64,000 nt of DNA from Mobula birostris (lineage: Eukaryota), in the NCBI RefSeq assembly GCF_030028105.1, contig NC_092379.1, positions 45,804,150 through 45,868,149 on the forward strand, written 5' to 3'. The translations under genes and the position numbers were made by a program. The notes beneath the pieces are model-generated. The model did not search any database, was not told where the DNA came from, and was given only the letters and a program-made list of their open reading frames with translations. Below are positions 26,096 through 38,719 of the stretch, piece after piece (position 1 is the first letter of the stretch; the number at the start of each line of letters is the position of its first letter).

Positions 26096-26499
26096 TATCT
26101 TCATGTTTACTCGTGTCACTGAATCAGCATCCACAGTAACTGTCTAATAGAGGCCATTGCCTGGACTGGTAATGTTGCCATATGATCTTACACTTAACTC
26201 ACTGTTGGTTGTTGATTTTTCTCCAATATAGTTAGGAAGAAAACTCCAAAAAAGTTACATCACCTACACCTTTCCTGTTTATTGCCTTTATCCAGAGGCA
26301 GAATAACAGATTGCCATACACCAGATGGGCCAAAGTGCCTGTTTCTGTGCTGTAGTGTTCTATAATTCTATCATCCTATTTTACTGTCATAATGGAATTA
26401 ACTAACAGCCATATCAAAGATTACCAGCCAGGGTTATACAGACTTTAGTAAAACAGCTCTAGGTGAGACTGTTCCCATGAAATTGTTCAGAGTCTTCTC

Positions 26500-27490
26500 C
26501 ATTTAGATGCCCTGGATGAACCAAGAAATCCAACATTTGCTGAGGGCCAGATCAGAGGCATTCAAGTCAGGAAATCAGGAATACTACACTAAGTGCAGAT
26601 ATGATCTCTGGAAAGCCATCGTAGGGGCGAAGAGGGGATTCTGGACCAACCTGGAAACAATGAAGGATGCTCGACAGATGTGGCAGGCTTTGAATGTAGT
26701 AATCTTCCACAAAGTTAAATCAAGCGACGTGGGGGACAGCAGGGTTCTGCTTCCAGATGAGCTCAATCCCTTCTATGCTCATTTTGGCCATCAGGACATG
26801 GAGGAACCATCGTAACCCCCCACATTTCCTGATGATCATTTGGTCACAGTTTCTGAAACTAGTGTGGGCTGTCTTCAGGAGGGTGAATTCACTGAAAGCT
26901 TTCAAGTACTATGACCTGTGCTGACTAACTGGCTGGTGTGTTCAGTGATATCTTTGACCTCTCACTTTGGTAGTGTGTAGTACCCAACTCCTTCAAGCAG
27001 GCTTCAATCATACCGGTGCCCAGGAAGAGCATGGTGTCCCTCCTCAATGAGTATTGTCCGGTTGCACTTACATCCATGGTGCATCCAGCTCCTACCTCAT
27101 TGGCGACGAATCCACTCTAATTTGTGTACCTGACCAATTGGTCCACAGCAGATGTGATCTCATTGGCTCTTCACATAATCCTAGAACATCTGGACAACAA
27201 AGATGCATACAGCAGAAAGTTGCTTATTGATTATAGATCAGCTTTTATTACCATCATCCCTCAAAACTAATGAATAAACTCAAAGACCTAGACCACAATT
27301 CCTACTTGTGCAATTGGATCCTGGATTCCCTCACTTGCAGACCCCAGTCAGATGACAAAAACATCTCCTCCATGATCTCTGTCAGCATAGGTGCACCACA
27401 TGGCTGTGTGCTTAGCCCCCTACTCTACTCGCTTTACACCTGACTATTTGGCTAAGCACAGCTCCAAAACCATATTCAAATTTTCCATCG
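26500..27490 (+). mobile_element. Rex1/Babar-like LINE fragment
   Basis: PWMNQEIQHLLRARSEAFKSG...LPDELNPFYAHF followed by degenerate RT (GAPHGCVLSPLLYSLYT). Confidence 0.85.
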
Positions 27491-28015
27491 ACAGCACTGG
27501 GTTTCAGTTACCTGTTGATGTGAAGATTTAAGAGTTTGTGTTAGAATGATATCACAGTTCACTCATAGTATGGATGCCCATCGGTTTAAATAAAATAAAG
27601 ATGAATGACTGGCAAGCACATGGTACGTCCCAAAACTATTTCATGTGGAGATAAGCCTGTTATGTAATTTGAACTGCAGCGCATTGACATAAAGGCTACT
27701 GGAAGCACACCTGACCGCTTTAGCTGAGTCTCATCAGACAATTTAGTAAACCTGCATTTCATGACCCATTCAGTCTTTTAGCTTCCCCGTAAGTTCTAAG
27801 GGTGGTAGGGGCTGGTGAAATTATTTTTACACTACAACGCTTTCAGCATCTCAGATAAGTTTACACATAAAGTGAGGACAATTGTCACTTAATTTTTCTT
27901 GGGGATACAAAACCAAGGAATAAATTCTCATAACAAAAATTATCAACAGTTATGCCATAATTTCTCTGAGTTGGAAATGCTTTTAACCATGGAAATAACC
28001 AAGCATAATAACAAG

Positions 28016-29035
28016 TGTATTGCAGGTTTCCACAAATAAAAACACAGAGTTACTTTATGTTTAAGAAAAGCCATAGCAACTCTTTCATTGTACTCCAAAC
28101 ACGGAACACATTGCAGCAAAAACTTAATGTAATTACATCATATCTTAAAGTGAAACCCCAAATCAATGCAAGTCATTCTGAATTATGTATACTTCCACAA
28201 TTATGTTACCCTACCGAGGTGCCCCTGCCCGCCCCCCCGCCCCCAGAATTCACTGAAACCAGCATTGTGTGTCAGTCTGGTGCTCGGACAAGCTGCCTGG
28301 CTTGAGTTCTGTGTTCCATGGGTGAAGTAACAGAAGCTGCCTCTGGCTTGTCCAGAGGTGCATTGACATGCTCATCATCATGTAGTGACACCAGGGGCAT
28401 GGTAGCAGAATCCTCCAAATTTTGTTGGGGCAGTTTAAGAAAATCTACCAAAATACTTTCATGTTTACTCATCTTATCTATTCTCCCTGTTTCAAAATAC
28501 AGACCAGGCCATCGTAAGGGGTCCTAAGGGGTTGTTGACATGCATTATGCCAGACAAAAGCAAACAAGGTGGAATGTAGGTCAACAGGAACCCAAGAGTG
28601 CTGTACGCCGTGATGGGAGATAGGAATATGTGAAAAGGAATTGAATTTACTGAGCTGGGTAGAATGCTGTTGAGATGCCAACAAGATAGTCATGGCATTA
28701 GGAATGAAATCACCTGGCACTTGGAATGGCTGCCCAAATACTAACTCAACCACCAATGACTGGAGGTTCTCTTTTGGAACTGTTCTGAGCCCCAGCAGGA
28801 CCCACAGGAGACAATTATGCTGACACTCATCAGTCAGGGAAGCCCTCCGAGCAGCCTTTAAGGAGTCGTGAAACCACTTGCATAGGCCATTGGACTGTGG
28901 GTGATGTGCTGTAATGTGTTGTAGCCTAATACCAAGGTTCTAGGCCATGGCAACCTGGAGGGAAAGAGTGCCTGACACCTCCACAGCTGCAGCCATAATT
29001 GTATTAGTTCGTGAAAAGAACTTTTAAAGTATTGG
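28016..29035 (-). mobile_element. CsRn1-like Gypsy 3' part: integrase C-terminus, PPT and probable short LTR
   Basis: Minus strand reads TAHHPQSNGLC..FHDSLKAA...WVLLGLRTVPKENLQ...ELVFGQPFQVPGDFIP. G-rich PPT at ~28225-28245; LTR boundary (~28016-28215) is approximate. Confidence 0.75.
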
Positions 29036-29559
29036 CAACCTGATCACACTAGAATGTGACATGGGCTTAAAGTTCTGCTGTTGCCTTAGCAAAGAAGTTA
29101 TCTCTTTCATTCCCTTTAGTTATTTAGTATGAGCCGCATAGTTGAAAATATCAATTGCAATAAGTGGTTGGAAAAGAGCAAGAAGTTCATACTTCATTGA
29201 CCATATTTAATTGGAGCTCTGGAGGTGGGAAACAAATGTAGATTCCATAATTACCCATAGTCATGAACTACTCCAAAGGCATACTGAAATTTAGCGCACC
29301 GGCTGCAAAGATGCAGGCTTTTTTAAGGCAAAAAGGTTTTATCTGCTTGAGCAAACAGGAGTGAAGGTAGCTGTGCTGCTTAAGATATTGTATGATGTAC
29401 ACACACTAGATATAGACTAGAAGATTTCATTGTATCATATCGGGAGGAAAAAAAAACATGACAGAAAAATTACAGGCCGGCTTCCGTCAGATGGCATTTC
29501 ACAATGGTCAGAATTAAAATCATATAAAATCTTAAGTACAGTTCGGGAACGGATATTTA

Positions 29560-30292
29560 ATGTAAATACAGAAACGCTACAACTCCCCATTTACCTCCTC
29601 CCTTATCTCCATTCATGACCCCAAACAGTCCTTCCAGGTCAGGCAACATTTCAACTACGTATTTGTTGTGGCTTACACTGATGAGGCCTAATGTAAATTG
29701 GTGGACCATATTTTTGAGCACCACCACTCCATCAGCCAAAAGCAGAATTTACCAGTGGACAATCATTTTAATTCTTATCCTCATTTCCGTACAGACATAT
29801 CTCTTCTTTTTCCATGAGAAGACCACTCTCTGAGTGGAGGGGCAACACCTCATATTTCATCTAGGTGGCCTCTAACCTGATGTCCTTTAGATCAATTTCT
29901 CCTAATTGTGTTTTTCCCACCCCCTATCCTTCCATTCCTTCTAAGAGACTTCTTACCTCTTCTCCCCTCCCCCCCCCCCGTGCTCCTCCTCCTCCTCTTT
30001 CTTCCTTGGTTCCCTCTCCTCTCCTATCAGATTTCTTCTCCACTGCTTTACTTTTCCCATCCACCTTGCTTCACATACCACCTCACAGCTAGTCCACCTT
30101 TCCCTCACCCTCCACACTTTTTTATTATTCTGGTGTCTTCCCCCTTTGTTTACAGTCCTGAAGAGGGTTTCGGCTGAAAAAGTCAACTGTTTATTCATTC
30201 GCATAAATGCTGCCTGACCTGCTGAGATCTTTCCAGCATTTTCTGCATGTTCCTTTGGGTTTCCAGCATCTGTAGAATCTCTTGTGTTTTTA
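29560..30292 (+). mobile_element. Penelope-like element GIY-YIG remnant and 3'UTR
   Basis: Homologous to the 31755-32210 endonuclease and the pyrimidine-rich UTR; degenerate hammerhead motif at ~30154-30189. Confidence 0.75.
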
Positions 30293-31362
30293 TTTACAGT
30301 AAACTGCATTGTCCATGGTGCTGGTGGCGGTGGAGGCGGGAACTGTTACCAAAGTTGCCTTGGCCAGACGGCATCTTCAATACCAGTGGGCAGGCTCTTC
30401 GCAAGTAAACACATACACTTGACGGACATCCCCATGTATACTCCTGCTGTGTCCACCATCCTATTTTCATACCTGTTGAATCAAAGACCTGCAAACCCCA
30501 TATATTGAGAATGGTATTATTTAAACAGCTATGCTGCCCAAAACAAAAAAAAAATACAAGTTTCTGGTGTGTCACATGAGCCATACTTTAGGTGGATTGG
30601 ACCTTAAAACATTGGAGCAGACTTGGGCCATTTGGCCCATCGAGTCTGCTCCGCCATGCAATGATGATTGATCCTTTTTTTGACAGCATCCTCAATTCCA
30701 GTTCCTGGCCTTCTCCCCGTAACCTTTGATGCCATGTACAATCAAGAACCTATCAATCTCTACCTCAAATACACCAAACAACCTGACCTCCATAGCTGTA
30801 TATGGCAACAAATTCCACAAGTTCACCACCTTTTGGCTAAAGAAATTTCCCCACATTTCTGTTTTGAAAGGGTTCCCCTCTATCCTGAGGCTGTGCCCTC
30901 TTGTCCTGGACTCTCTGACTATGGGAAACATTGTTTCTGCATCTACTCTGTCTAGGCCTTTCAACATTTGAAAGGTTTCAATGAGATTCCCCCTCAGTAT
31001 TCTGAATTCCAGCAAGTACAGACCCAGAGCCATCAAATGTTCCTTGTAAGATAACCCTTTCATTCCTGGAATCATCCTTGTGAACCTCCTCTGGACCCTC
31101 TCCAAGGGCAGCCCATCTTTTCTAAGCTGAGGGGACAAAAACTGTTCACAATACTCAAGATTCCTGGATTTTCTCCCTGTTTAGAAAATAGTCCGCACAT
31201 TGATTTCTACTACCAGAGTACATGACCATGGATTTTCCGGCATTGTATTTCATTTGCCACTTTCTTGCCCATTCTCCTAATCTGTAAAAATCTGTCTGCA
31301 TCCTACCTGTTTCCTCATCTGCAAACTTGGCAACAAAAAAAAACATTTATTCCATCATCTAA

Positions 31363-33612
31363 CAACACACATCAAAGTTGCTGGTGAACGCAACAGGCCA
31401 GGCAGCATCTCTAGGAAGAGATACAGTGGACGTTTCAGGCAGAGACCATTCGTCAGGACTAACTGAAGGAAGAGTTAGTAAGAGATTTGTAAGTGGGAGG
31501 GGGAGGGGGAGATCCAAAATGATAGGAGAAGACAGGAGGGGGAGAGATGGAGCCAAGAGCTGGACAGGTGATTGGCAAAGGGGATATGAGAGGATCATGG
31601 GACAGGACATCCGGGGAAAAAGATAAGGGGGGGTGGAACACAGAGGATGGGCAAGGGGTATAGTCGGAGGGACAGAGGCAGAAAAAAGAGAGAAAGAGAA
31701 AGAATGTGTGTATAAAAATAAATAATGGATTGGGTACGAGGGGGAGGTGGGGCATTAGCGGAAGTTAGAGAAGTCAATGTTCATGCCATCAGGTTGGAGG
31801 GTACCCAGACGGAATATAAGGTGTTGTTCCTCCAACCTGAGTGTGGCTTCATCTTTACAGTAGAGGAGGCCGTGGATAGACATGTCAGAATGGGAATGGG
31901 ATGTGGAATTAAAATATGAGGCCACTGGGGGATCCTGCTTTCTCTGGCGGACAGAGCGTAGGTGTTCAGCAAAGCGGTCTCCCAGTCTGCATCGGGTCTC
32001 GCCAATATATAGAAGGCCACATTGGGAGCACCGGACACAGTATTTCACCCCAGCCAACTCACAGGTGAAGTGACGCCTCACCTGGAAGGACTGTTTGGGG
32101 CCCTGAATGGTGGGAAGGGAGGAAGTGTAAGGGTATGTGTAGCACTTGTTCCGCTCAATAAGTGCCAGGAGGGAGATCAGTGGGGAGGGATGAGGGGGAC
32201 AAATGGACAAGGGAGTCGCGTAGGGAGTGATCCCTGCAGAAAGCAGAGAAGTAGGGGAGGGAAAGATGTGCTTAGTGGTGGGATCCCGTTGGAGGTGGCA
32301 GAAGTTACGGAGAATAATATGTTGGACCCGGAGGCTGGTGGGGTGGTAGGTGAGGACCAGAGGAGCCCTATTCCTAGTGGGGTGGCGGGAGGATGGAGTA
32401 GAGCAGATGTGCGAGAAATGGGGGAGATGTGTTTGAGAGCAGAGTTGATGGTGGAGGAAGGGAAGCCCCTTTCTTTAAAAAAGGAAGACATCTCCCTCGT
32501 CCTGGAATGAAAAGCCTCATCCTGAGAGCAGATGCGGCGCAGATGGAGGAATTGCGAGAAGGGGATGGCATTTTTGCAAGAGACAGGGTGAGAAGAGGAA
32601 TAGTCCAGATAGCTGTGAGAGTCAGTAGGCTTATAGTAGACATCAGTGAATAAGCTGTCTCCAGAGATAGAGAGAGAAAGATCTAGAAAGGGGAGGGAGG
32701 TGTCGGAAATGGACCAAGTAAACTTGAGGGCAGGGTGAAAGTTGGAGGCAAAGTTAATAAAGTCGACGAGCTCAGCATGCGTGCAGGAAGCAGCACCACT
32801 GCAGTCGTCGATGTAGCAAAGGAAAAGTGGGGGACAGATACCAGAATAGGCACGGAACATAGATTGTTCCACAAAGCCAACAAAAAGGCAGGCATAGCTA
32901 GGACCCATACGGGTGCCCATACCAACACCTTTAGTTTGGAAGAAGTGGGAGGAGCCAAAGGAGAAATTATTAAGAGTAAGGACTAATTCCGCTAGGCGGA
33001 GCAGGATCTCCCAGTGGCCATACATTTTAATTCCACATCCCATTCCCATTCTGACATGTCTTTCCATGGCCTCCTCTACTGTAAAGATGAAGCCACACTC
33101 AGGTTGGAGGAACACCTTATATCCCATCTGGGTAGCCTCCAACTTGATGGCATGAACATCGACTTCTCTAACTTCCGCTAATGCCCCACCTCCCCCTCGT
33201 ACCCCATCCATTATTTATTTATATACACACATTCTTTCTCTCACTCTGCTTTTTCTCCCTCTGTCCCTCTCACTATACCCCTTGCCAATCCTCTGGGTTC
33301 CCCCTCCCCCGCTTGTCTTTTTCTCCAGAACTCCTGTCCCATGATCCTCTCATATCTCCTTTGCCAATCACCTGTCCAGCTCTTGGCTCCATCTCTCCCC
33401 CTCCTGTCTTCTCCTATCATTTTGGATCTCCCCCTCCCCCTCCCACTTTCAAATCTCTTACTAACTCTTCCAGCAGTTAGTCCTGATGAAGGGTCTCAGC
33501 CTGAAACGTCGACTGTACCTCTTCCTAGAGATGCTGCCTGGGCTGCTGCGTTCACCAGCAACTTTGATGTGTGTTGCTTGAATTTCCAGCATCTGCTGAA
33601 TTCCTGTCGTTT
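31363..33612 (-). mobile_element. Penelope-like element (RT C-half and GIY-YIG) with inverted pseudo-LTR
   Basis: RT LAELVLTLNNF..QTKGVGMGTRMGPSYACLF..YIDD..FLDLSL..YYKPTD; endonuclease CSQCGLLYIGETR.RLGDRFAEH..EEQHLIFRL. 576-nt inverted arms at 31363-31938 and 33001-33576; 17-nt TSD. Confidence 0.93.
33479..33514 (+). ncRNA. Minimal type I hammerhead ribozyme motif (PLE-associated)
   Basis: agtc-CTGATGA-AGG gtctcag CCT-GAAAC-GTC-gact: intact core, stem I agtc/gact, stem II AGG/CCT, palindromic ACGT stem III. Confidence 0.85.
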
Positions 33613-34974
33613 TTTATTCTATCATCTAAAACATTTATATACTGCACAGCATAAAAAGAAGTGGTCCCCACATAGACCCCTGCAGAACACCACTAGTCAC
33701 TGGCAGCCATCCAGAAAAGGGATACAACATCTAGTTCATTCTGAGATTCTGTTCTAAATATTTCTTTTGAAACACTGAGGTGGACACTGTTATCTTTTGT
33801 CTGTTCTTTCTCTGCCTTTCTCTTCTTTAACTTTTGCTCACTTTACTTTTTTACATGATTCATCTAATGTCTTTAGCGTTTCACATCTACATTAAGCAAT
33901 CACAGGCCACCTGATAGTCTCAAATTTCCCATTCTCTAACAGCGCCTGTAGGTTCACTTAGTCCACTCCACCCTCATAATACACTTCGGAACATACCTAA
34001 TGGCTTCTGGTGCAAACATGCACCGAGTCGTTTAGAGGTCCGGAAGAAGGGGAATTTTCATGCTACCATTCACGCATCACGCACACACAATCAAGACGCA
34101 CACGTTTCTGAATTTAACCACATACTAACCGAGTTTGCCTCTGCTTCGTGCAGGGTACAACCCGGACCACGGCAACTTAATGTGGGACAATATCCTGACC
34201 ATGGAAATCGTTTTTTTAATGCTGCAGTCTGTGTATGTTGGCGGCTAAAGTGTTGGCTTGACTTGACTATTTCACACTGGAGGAAAACGTGCGTTTCACC
34301 AGTAGACTCAGCCCTCTGCTGAAATACAAGCAGCCTAGGATTTAAGACTGTTCGGCTACCGGGGTTGACTTACTTTTTCCGTAGAATTAGCCGCCTCAGT
34401 AGAACCTCCAAGTAACTGTCATCGCTGGTAATAAAATAACGAACATCACTGGGCCTAGGCAGAACACACGCAACCTTATGACTCAAATTATTTAGTTTAC
34501 TTATACACGAATAGAACAGCATGACCCCTGTCCCCACAGTGTCTGAACAGAAAAATGCTATTACGTTACAGATGGGCTTGTCAGTTAACGACATTGACCA
34601 TTTGGTAAATTATATACTTCTGAGTTCCTTACAATCACCAGGTGTGAAAAGCAAATCGCAACTTGAAAATGACAGCCGATGAAGTTAGTAAAGCAATTGT
34701 CTTTAGCTGTTGGGTGTATTTTACATCCTTTTATTATCTCTATCTCGTCTGTCTCCGGCACTCCTTACTCTGTAAAGGGACGCTATGTTCTTCTGATGAA
34801 ACACTATCACAATCATTCTCACCGATCTGTCCACAATGGCTAATTTGGTCCCCAGCGGTCTCCCTTCTCTCATCTGACAACACACGCCGCAGTCATCCTT
34901 TCCGGCTTGTGGTCTTCCATCCTTATCTCACCGCAATCTCTACAGTATGCCCAGGCTACAATGCGTAATGTGAT

Positions 34975-35312
34975 CCCGCACAGATTCTCCATCTTCCTCT
35001 GGTGCTCCCCTCCCCCTTTCTTTCTTCCAAGGCCCTCGGTCCTATGATACTCCTCCTTCTCCAGCCTTATCTCTTTTGCCAATCAACTTCCCAGCTCTTG
35101 GCTTCATCCCTCCCCTTCCTGTCTTCTCCTATCATTTCGGGTCTCCCCCTCCCCCGCCCACTTTCAAATCTTTTACCATCTCTTTTCTCCGTTAGTCCTG
35201 ACGAAGGGTCTCGACCCAAAACATCGACTGTATTTCTTCCTTTAGATGCTGCGTTCCACCAGAATATTGTGTGTTGCTTGAATTTTCAGCATCTGCAGAT
35301 TTTCTCGTGCTC
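34975..35312 (+). mobile_element. Penelope-like 3'UTR fragment with mutated hammerhead
   Basis: Homologous to 33250-33610; ctgacgaagggtctcgacccaaaacatcgact at ~35198-35229. Confidence 0.75.
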
Positions 35313-35650
35313 CCGCATAGACAGTTGGGTCTATAATCTTGCTATCATTGAGAACGGTAAAAGAACGAGTCTATTATGTTTCTCGACTGTAAACGAAGTC
35401 TCCAACCTTCTCTATTGACCTTTCATCACAGTCGGTACTTATGGAGTGGCCAGATGATATTGCACTTGCAGTCGGCAGAAAAATGTATTACCATAACCCG
35501 AAAGCTGCCTGTCTGCTCACATTGGAAGAACAATGTAGCTGTAAATGTATACACTTCTTGGTTATTTATTTACTTTAGTAGTCCAATTTTATGTGAAAAG
35601 TTTTCGCATTTCTCATGGAAATGTGCTGGCCTTCAGCTTGATAAAATACC

Positions 35651-36556
35651 TGTGAAAGGAGACCCCGTGGAGCACATCGGTCCGTTAAAATAAGAACACC
35701 CAACGAAACGCAGAGCCTTGGTCACAGGAGACAGGAACACAGAGCCCTGGTCGAGGGAGACAGGAACGCAGAGCCTTGGTCATGAGACAACAGGAAACCA
35801 GAGCCTCGGTCGAGAGACAACAGGAATGCAGAGCATTGGTCGAGAGGCAACAGGAACGTAGAGCCTCGGTCGTGAGACAACAGGAAAGCGGAGCCTCGGT
35901 CTTGTGACAACAGGAACGCAGAGTCTTGGTCGAGGGAGAACAGGAACGCAGAGCGTTGGTCGTCAGACAACAGGAACGCAGAGCCTTGGTCGTGAGACAA
36001 CAGGAACGCAGAGCATTGGCCGTGAGAGAACAGGAACGCAAAGTCTTGGTCGTTGGAATCAGGAACATGGAACACAGAGCCGGGAGCCGTCTTTGGGAAC
36101 AGGTCTTGGGGCCGGGGCTCTACACAGCGTCAGGACCCCTGCTAGGGAGCAGGACGTAGGACCGGGACACATACACAGAACACTGAGAGACAGATCTCCA
36201 CTCAAGGTAGAGGCAAACGGCTGGACCTACCTAGCGAAGGCATGGGCACAGAGATATTTCCCAACTCAAGGTAGCGGCAAACAGCCAGGCCTACCTAACG
36301 GAGGCGTGGACACAAGTGAGGTAGCAGTCGAGGCTTCAGGCGAAGGTAGCAGGCAAGGGATACAGAACGAAGGGAAGGGAACAGTCCAGCAAATAAAGCT
36401 GAACCCAGGAGCTGTATATGTAGCCAGCCCAAAATCAGAATCATGTGCCTCAATTAAGGCACACAACACGACAAGGGAAAACCGGAAAACCTGGAATACT
36501 GATTAATGGACTGCACCATGAACCGGAATGCGGATGTCATGGACCGGACCATGACA
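35651..36556. mobile_element. LTR-like element containing a 30-nt minisatellite
   Basis: TG...CA ends and a terminal hairpin tgtcatgg-accgga-ccatgaca (36535-36556). No TSD found. Confidence 0.4.
35706..36066 (+). repeat. 30-nt tandem minisatellite (~12 units, consensus caggaacgcagagccttggtcgtgagacaa)
   Basis: Direct reading; exact 30-nt period from 35761. Confidence 0.95.
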
Positions 36557-36729
36557 TCATCACGGTAACGGGAGTACTATTCTATTTTTTTTATGTTAGG
36601 ATCGAAACCTTTCATCCTAGTAGAAACGCAGGAGAAGCAAACATATAATACTGTGGACGGTCAAGGGAAAACTTGCCCTAAATCAAGAGAAAAATGAATT
36701 ATCTCGGCAATAGATTATACGCTTATCGT

Positions 36730-36920
36730 TGCAACACACATAAAATGCTGGAGTGACCCCAGCAGGGCAGGCAGCATCTATAGAAAAGAGTATGGTCGAC
36801 GTTTTGGCCTGAAACTCTTCGGCAGGACTGGGAAAAAAAACGCTGAGGAGTAGATTCTAAAGGTGGGGGAGGGGAGAGAGAAACACAAGGAGACAGGTGA
36901 ACCCTGAAGGGGGAGGGATG
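36730..36920 (-). mobile_element. Penelope-like 3'UTR fragment
   Basis: Starts caacacacataaaatgctgg; degenerate hammerhead at ~36794-36830. Confidence 0.65.
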
Positions 36921-36923
36921 AAG

Positions 36924-38430
36924 TCATCATCATAACTTGTCATACCAAAACAGCCAGCCACTCCAGTGTTGTTTGGTTGATGTTGAGTAGGTCAGTGTCA
37001 GCTAAATCAGGTGAGAGTGGGCAGTTGCGCAGAACGTGTTCAATGTTCTGCACCCTTTTGCCACACTCACAGGATTCACTGGTCTTTAAACTCCACTTCA
37101 CCATATTGTCTCCTGTCCTACAAACTCCTGCTCTTGCTCTGTTGAGAGTGCATCACTTCCGTCTGTCAAGCAGTTCCCCGTCCAGCAACATTTCTGTGCG
37201 GTCTTGCACTATATTGTTTGGTTTTGGTTCTGGCTTCTGTTTGTTGCCAGGGGTCAATCCTGTATGTTAGGGGGGATGTTCCGTGCAGCAGTTCCTCCAC
37301 TGTAGCAAAGCTTTTCCTCAATTTTAGGTGGTTGGAAAATCACACATGATGATGTAGTGGATGCTGTGGATCCAAGTTCTGTTTCCTTTTTTCAATTTTT
37401 GTTGTAGAGTGTCTTCAGATCTCTGGGGGCAGGGGGGGCTGGGATTGGTGGCAATGCCTGCAAGTCTGTAAATGATGTTATTGGGTTTGTGGCGCAATGT
37501 GTCCATGATTATTCGGCAGGCTTCGTTAAGCAACGGGTCTATTTTCTTCACATGGGCTGCTCTGCCCCATACGGTTGCACAGTATTCTGCAGGTGCATAG
37601 CAGAGTGCTAGGGCAGTTGATCTTAGTGTGTGAGCATTAGCTCCCCATTTCGTGCCTGCTATTTTTTTTCTGGAGAGAATTACGTGAGCCAACAATCCCT
37701 CAGAGTTTTTGGATGTGGGTGGCAAATGAGAGCGTCCTATCCAGTGTTAAGCGCCCAGGTAAATTGGAATCAAATGGTGTTCGAGCTCCTTCCCAAATCA
37801 GGAGATCTTGAATTTCCGAGCTGCTTCTCGATTCCTCAGGTGGAATGCACACACTTGAGTTTTTGATGGATTTGGGTTCAGAGACCATTTTGCATAATAC
37901 TGCTTTCATTGCTTCAAGGACTGCAGTTAAGTTGTATTTCAACTTCTTGGAAGGATTTATCTTGTGTTGCTATGCATAGGTCGTCTAAATACATAAACCT
38001 GCGTGTGTTAGGAAAGGTTGGTTGGTCATTTGTGTAAACATTAAATAGTAGAGGTGCCTGGACTGATCCCTGTTCTAGTCCATTCTTTTGTGGACGCCAC
38101 CTACTCTTAATTCCATTCATTTCTACATAAAACCTGTGATTTTCTAGGAGGCTTCTTATTACTTTGACTGTAGTTTCGTTCTTTTAGATAGTTTTAGCAG
38201 AAGGCCTCCGTGATTTACAGTGTCGTATGCTGCTATTAAGTCAACGAATACTTTCCCTGTAATTTGTCGCATTTCAAAGCCATCCTCATTATAGTGGGTT
38301 AAGTTCAGGACTTGACCGCAGCAAGAGTGGCCTGACCTGAACCCGGCTTGGTCAGAGTTAGAAGATCTTGGTTGTTGAAGATTCCTGAAGGAACATATGC
38401 GTTGTTTGTGTTTCAACAATGCCACCAAAA
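36924..38430 (-). mobile_element. RTE-clade LINE RT and 3' end
   Basis: QAGFRSGHSCCGQVLNLT, VFVDLIAAYDTVNH, KNGLEQGSVQAPLLFNVYTNDQP, MYLDDL, GTKWGANAHTLRSTALALCY. Confidence 0.85.
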
Positions 38431-38719
38431 GGAAAAATAAACATAGGTCATCCTTTCGATGGTTGTGCCGACACGGAAAATCGTGCTTGTTAACAAAGTG
38501 TGAATTAATGTCATAGATTCATACGGTTTAGAAATAGGGTATTCAACTCAGTATGCCCACTCTGAGCAGTGAGCAACCATCAGTATTAACTCAACCTTCC
38601 AGTACCCGGCACAAAGCCACAAACTTGATTCCTGTGCTCCCACGATTCATTTCAAATGCTGTCAATCACTCTGTTTCACTCTTCATTTTCAGCACTCTAT
38701 GATTTTAGAGGCATTAATG

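Larger units (their letters stand above)
30605..33730 (-). mobile_element. CR1 LINE 3' fragment (30605-31362 plus 33613-33730) interrupted by a Penelope-like insertion
   Basis: ORF 30692-31138 encodes the CR1 C-terminus; CR1 sequence resumes after the duplicated target site at 33613. Confidence 0.85.

Noticed and set aside
18700-29035. CsRn1 gag (18.7-20.5 kb) and integrase (28-29 kb) as one element
   Set aside because: On the minus strand the integrase and 3' LTR lie upstream of gag, which is the wrong order; they are separate insertions.
32177-33211. 344-aa minus ORF as a full Penelope protein or novel gene
   Set aside because: It is chimeric: the first ~70 aa are the antisense reading of the inverted pLTR arm, and true RT sequence starts at LLRLAEL (~33004).
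33900-34970. Mildly CpG-rich unique stretch as a promoter
   Set aside because: No clear core motifs or linked exon could be identified by eye.
35706-36066. CRISPR-like array
   Set aside because: Units are contiguous with no unique spacers, there are no cas genes, and the context is vertebrate; this is a minisatellite.
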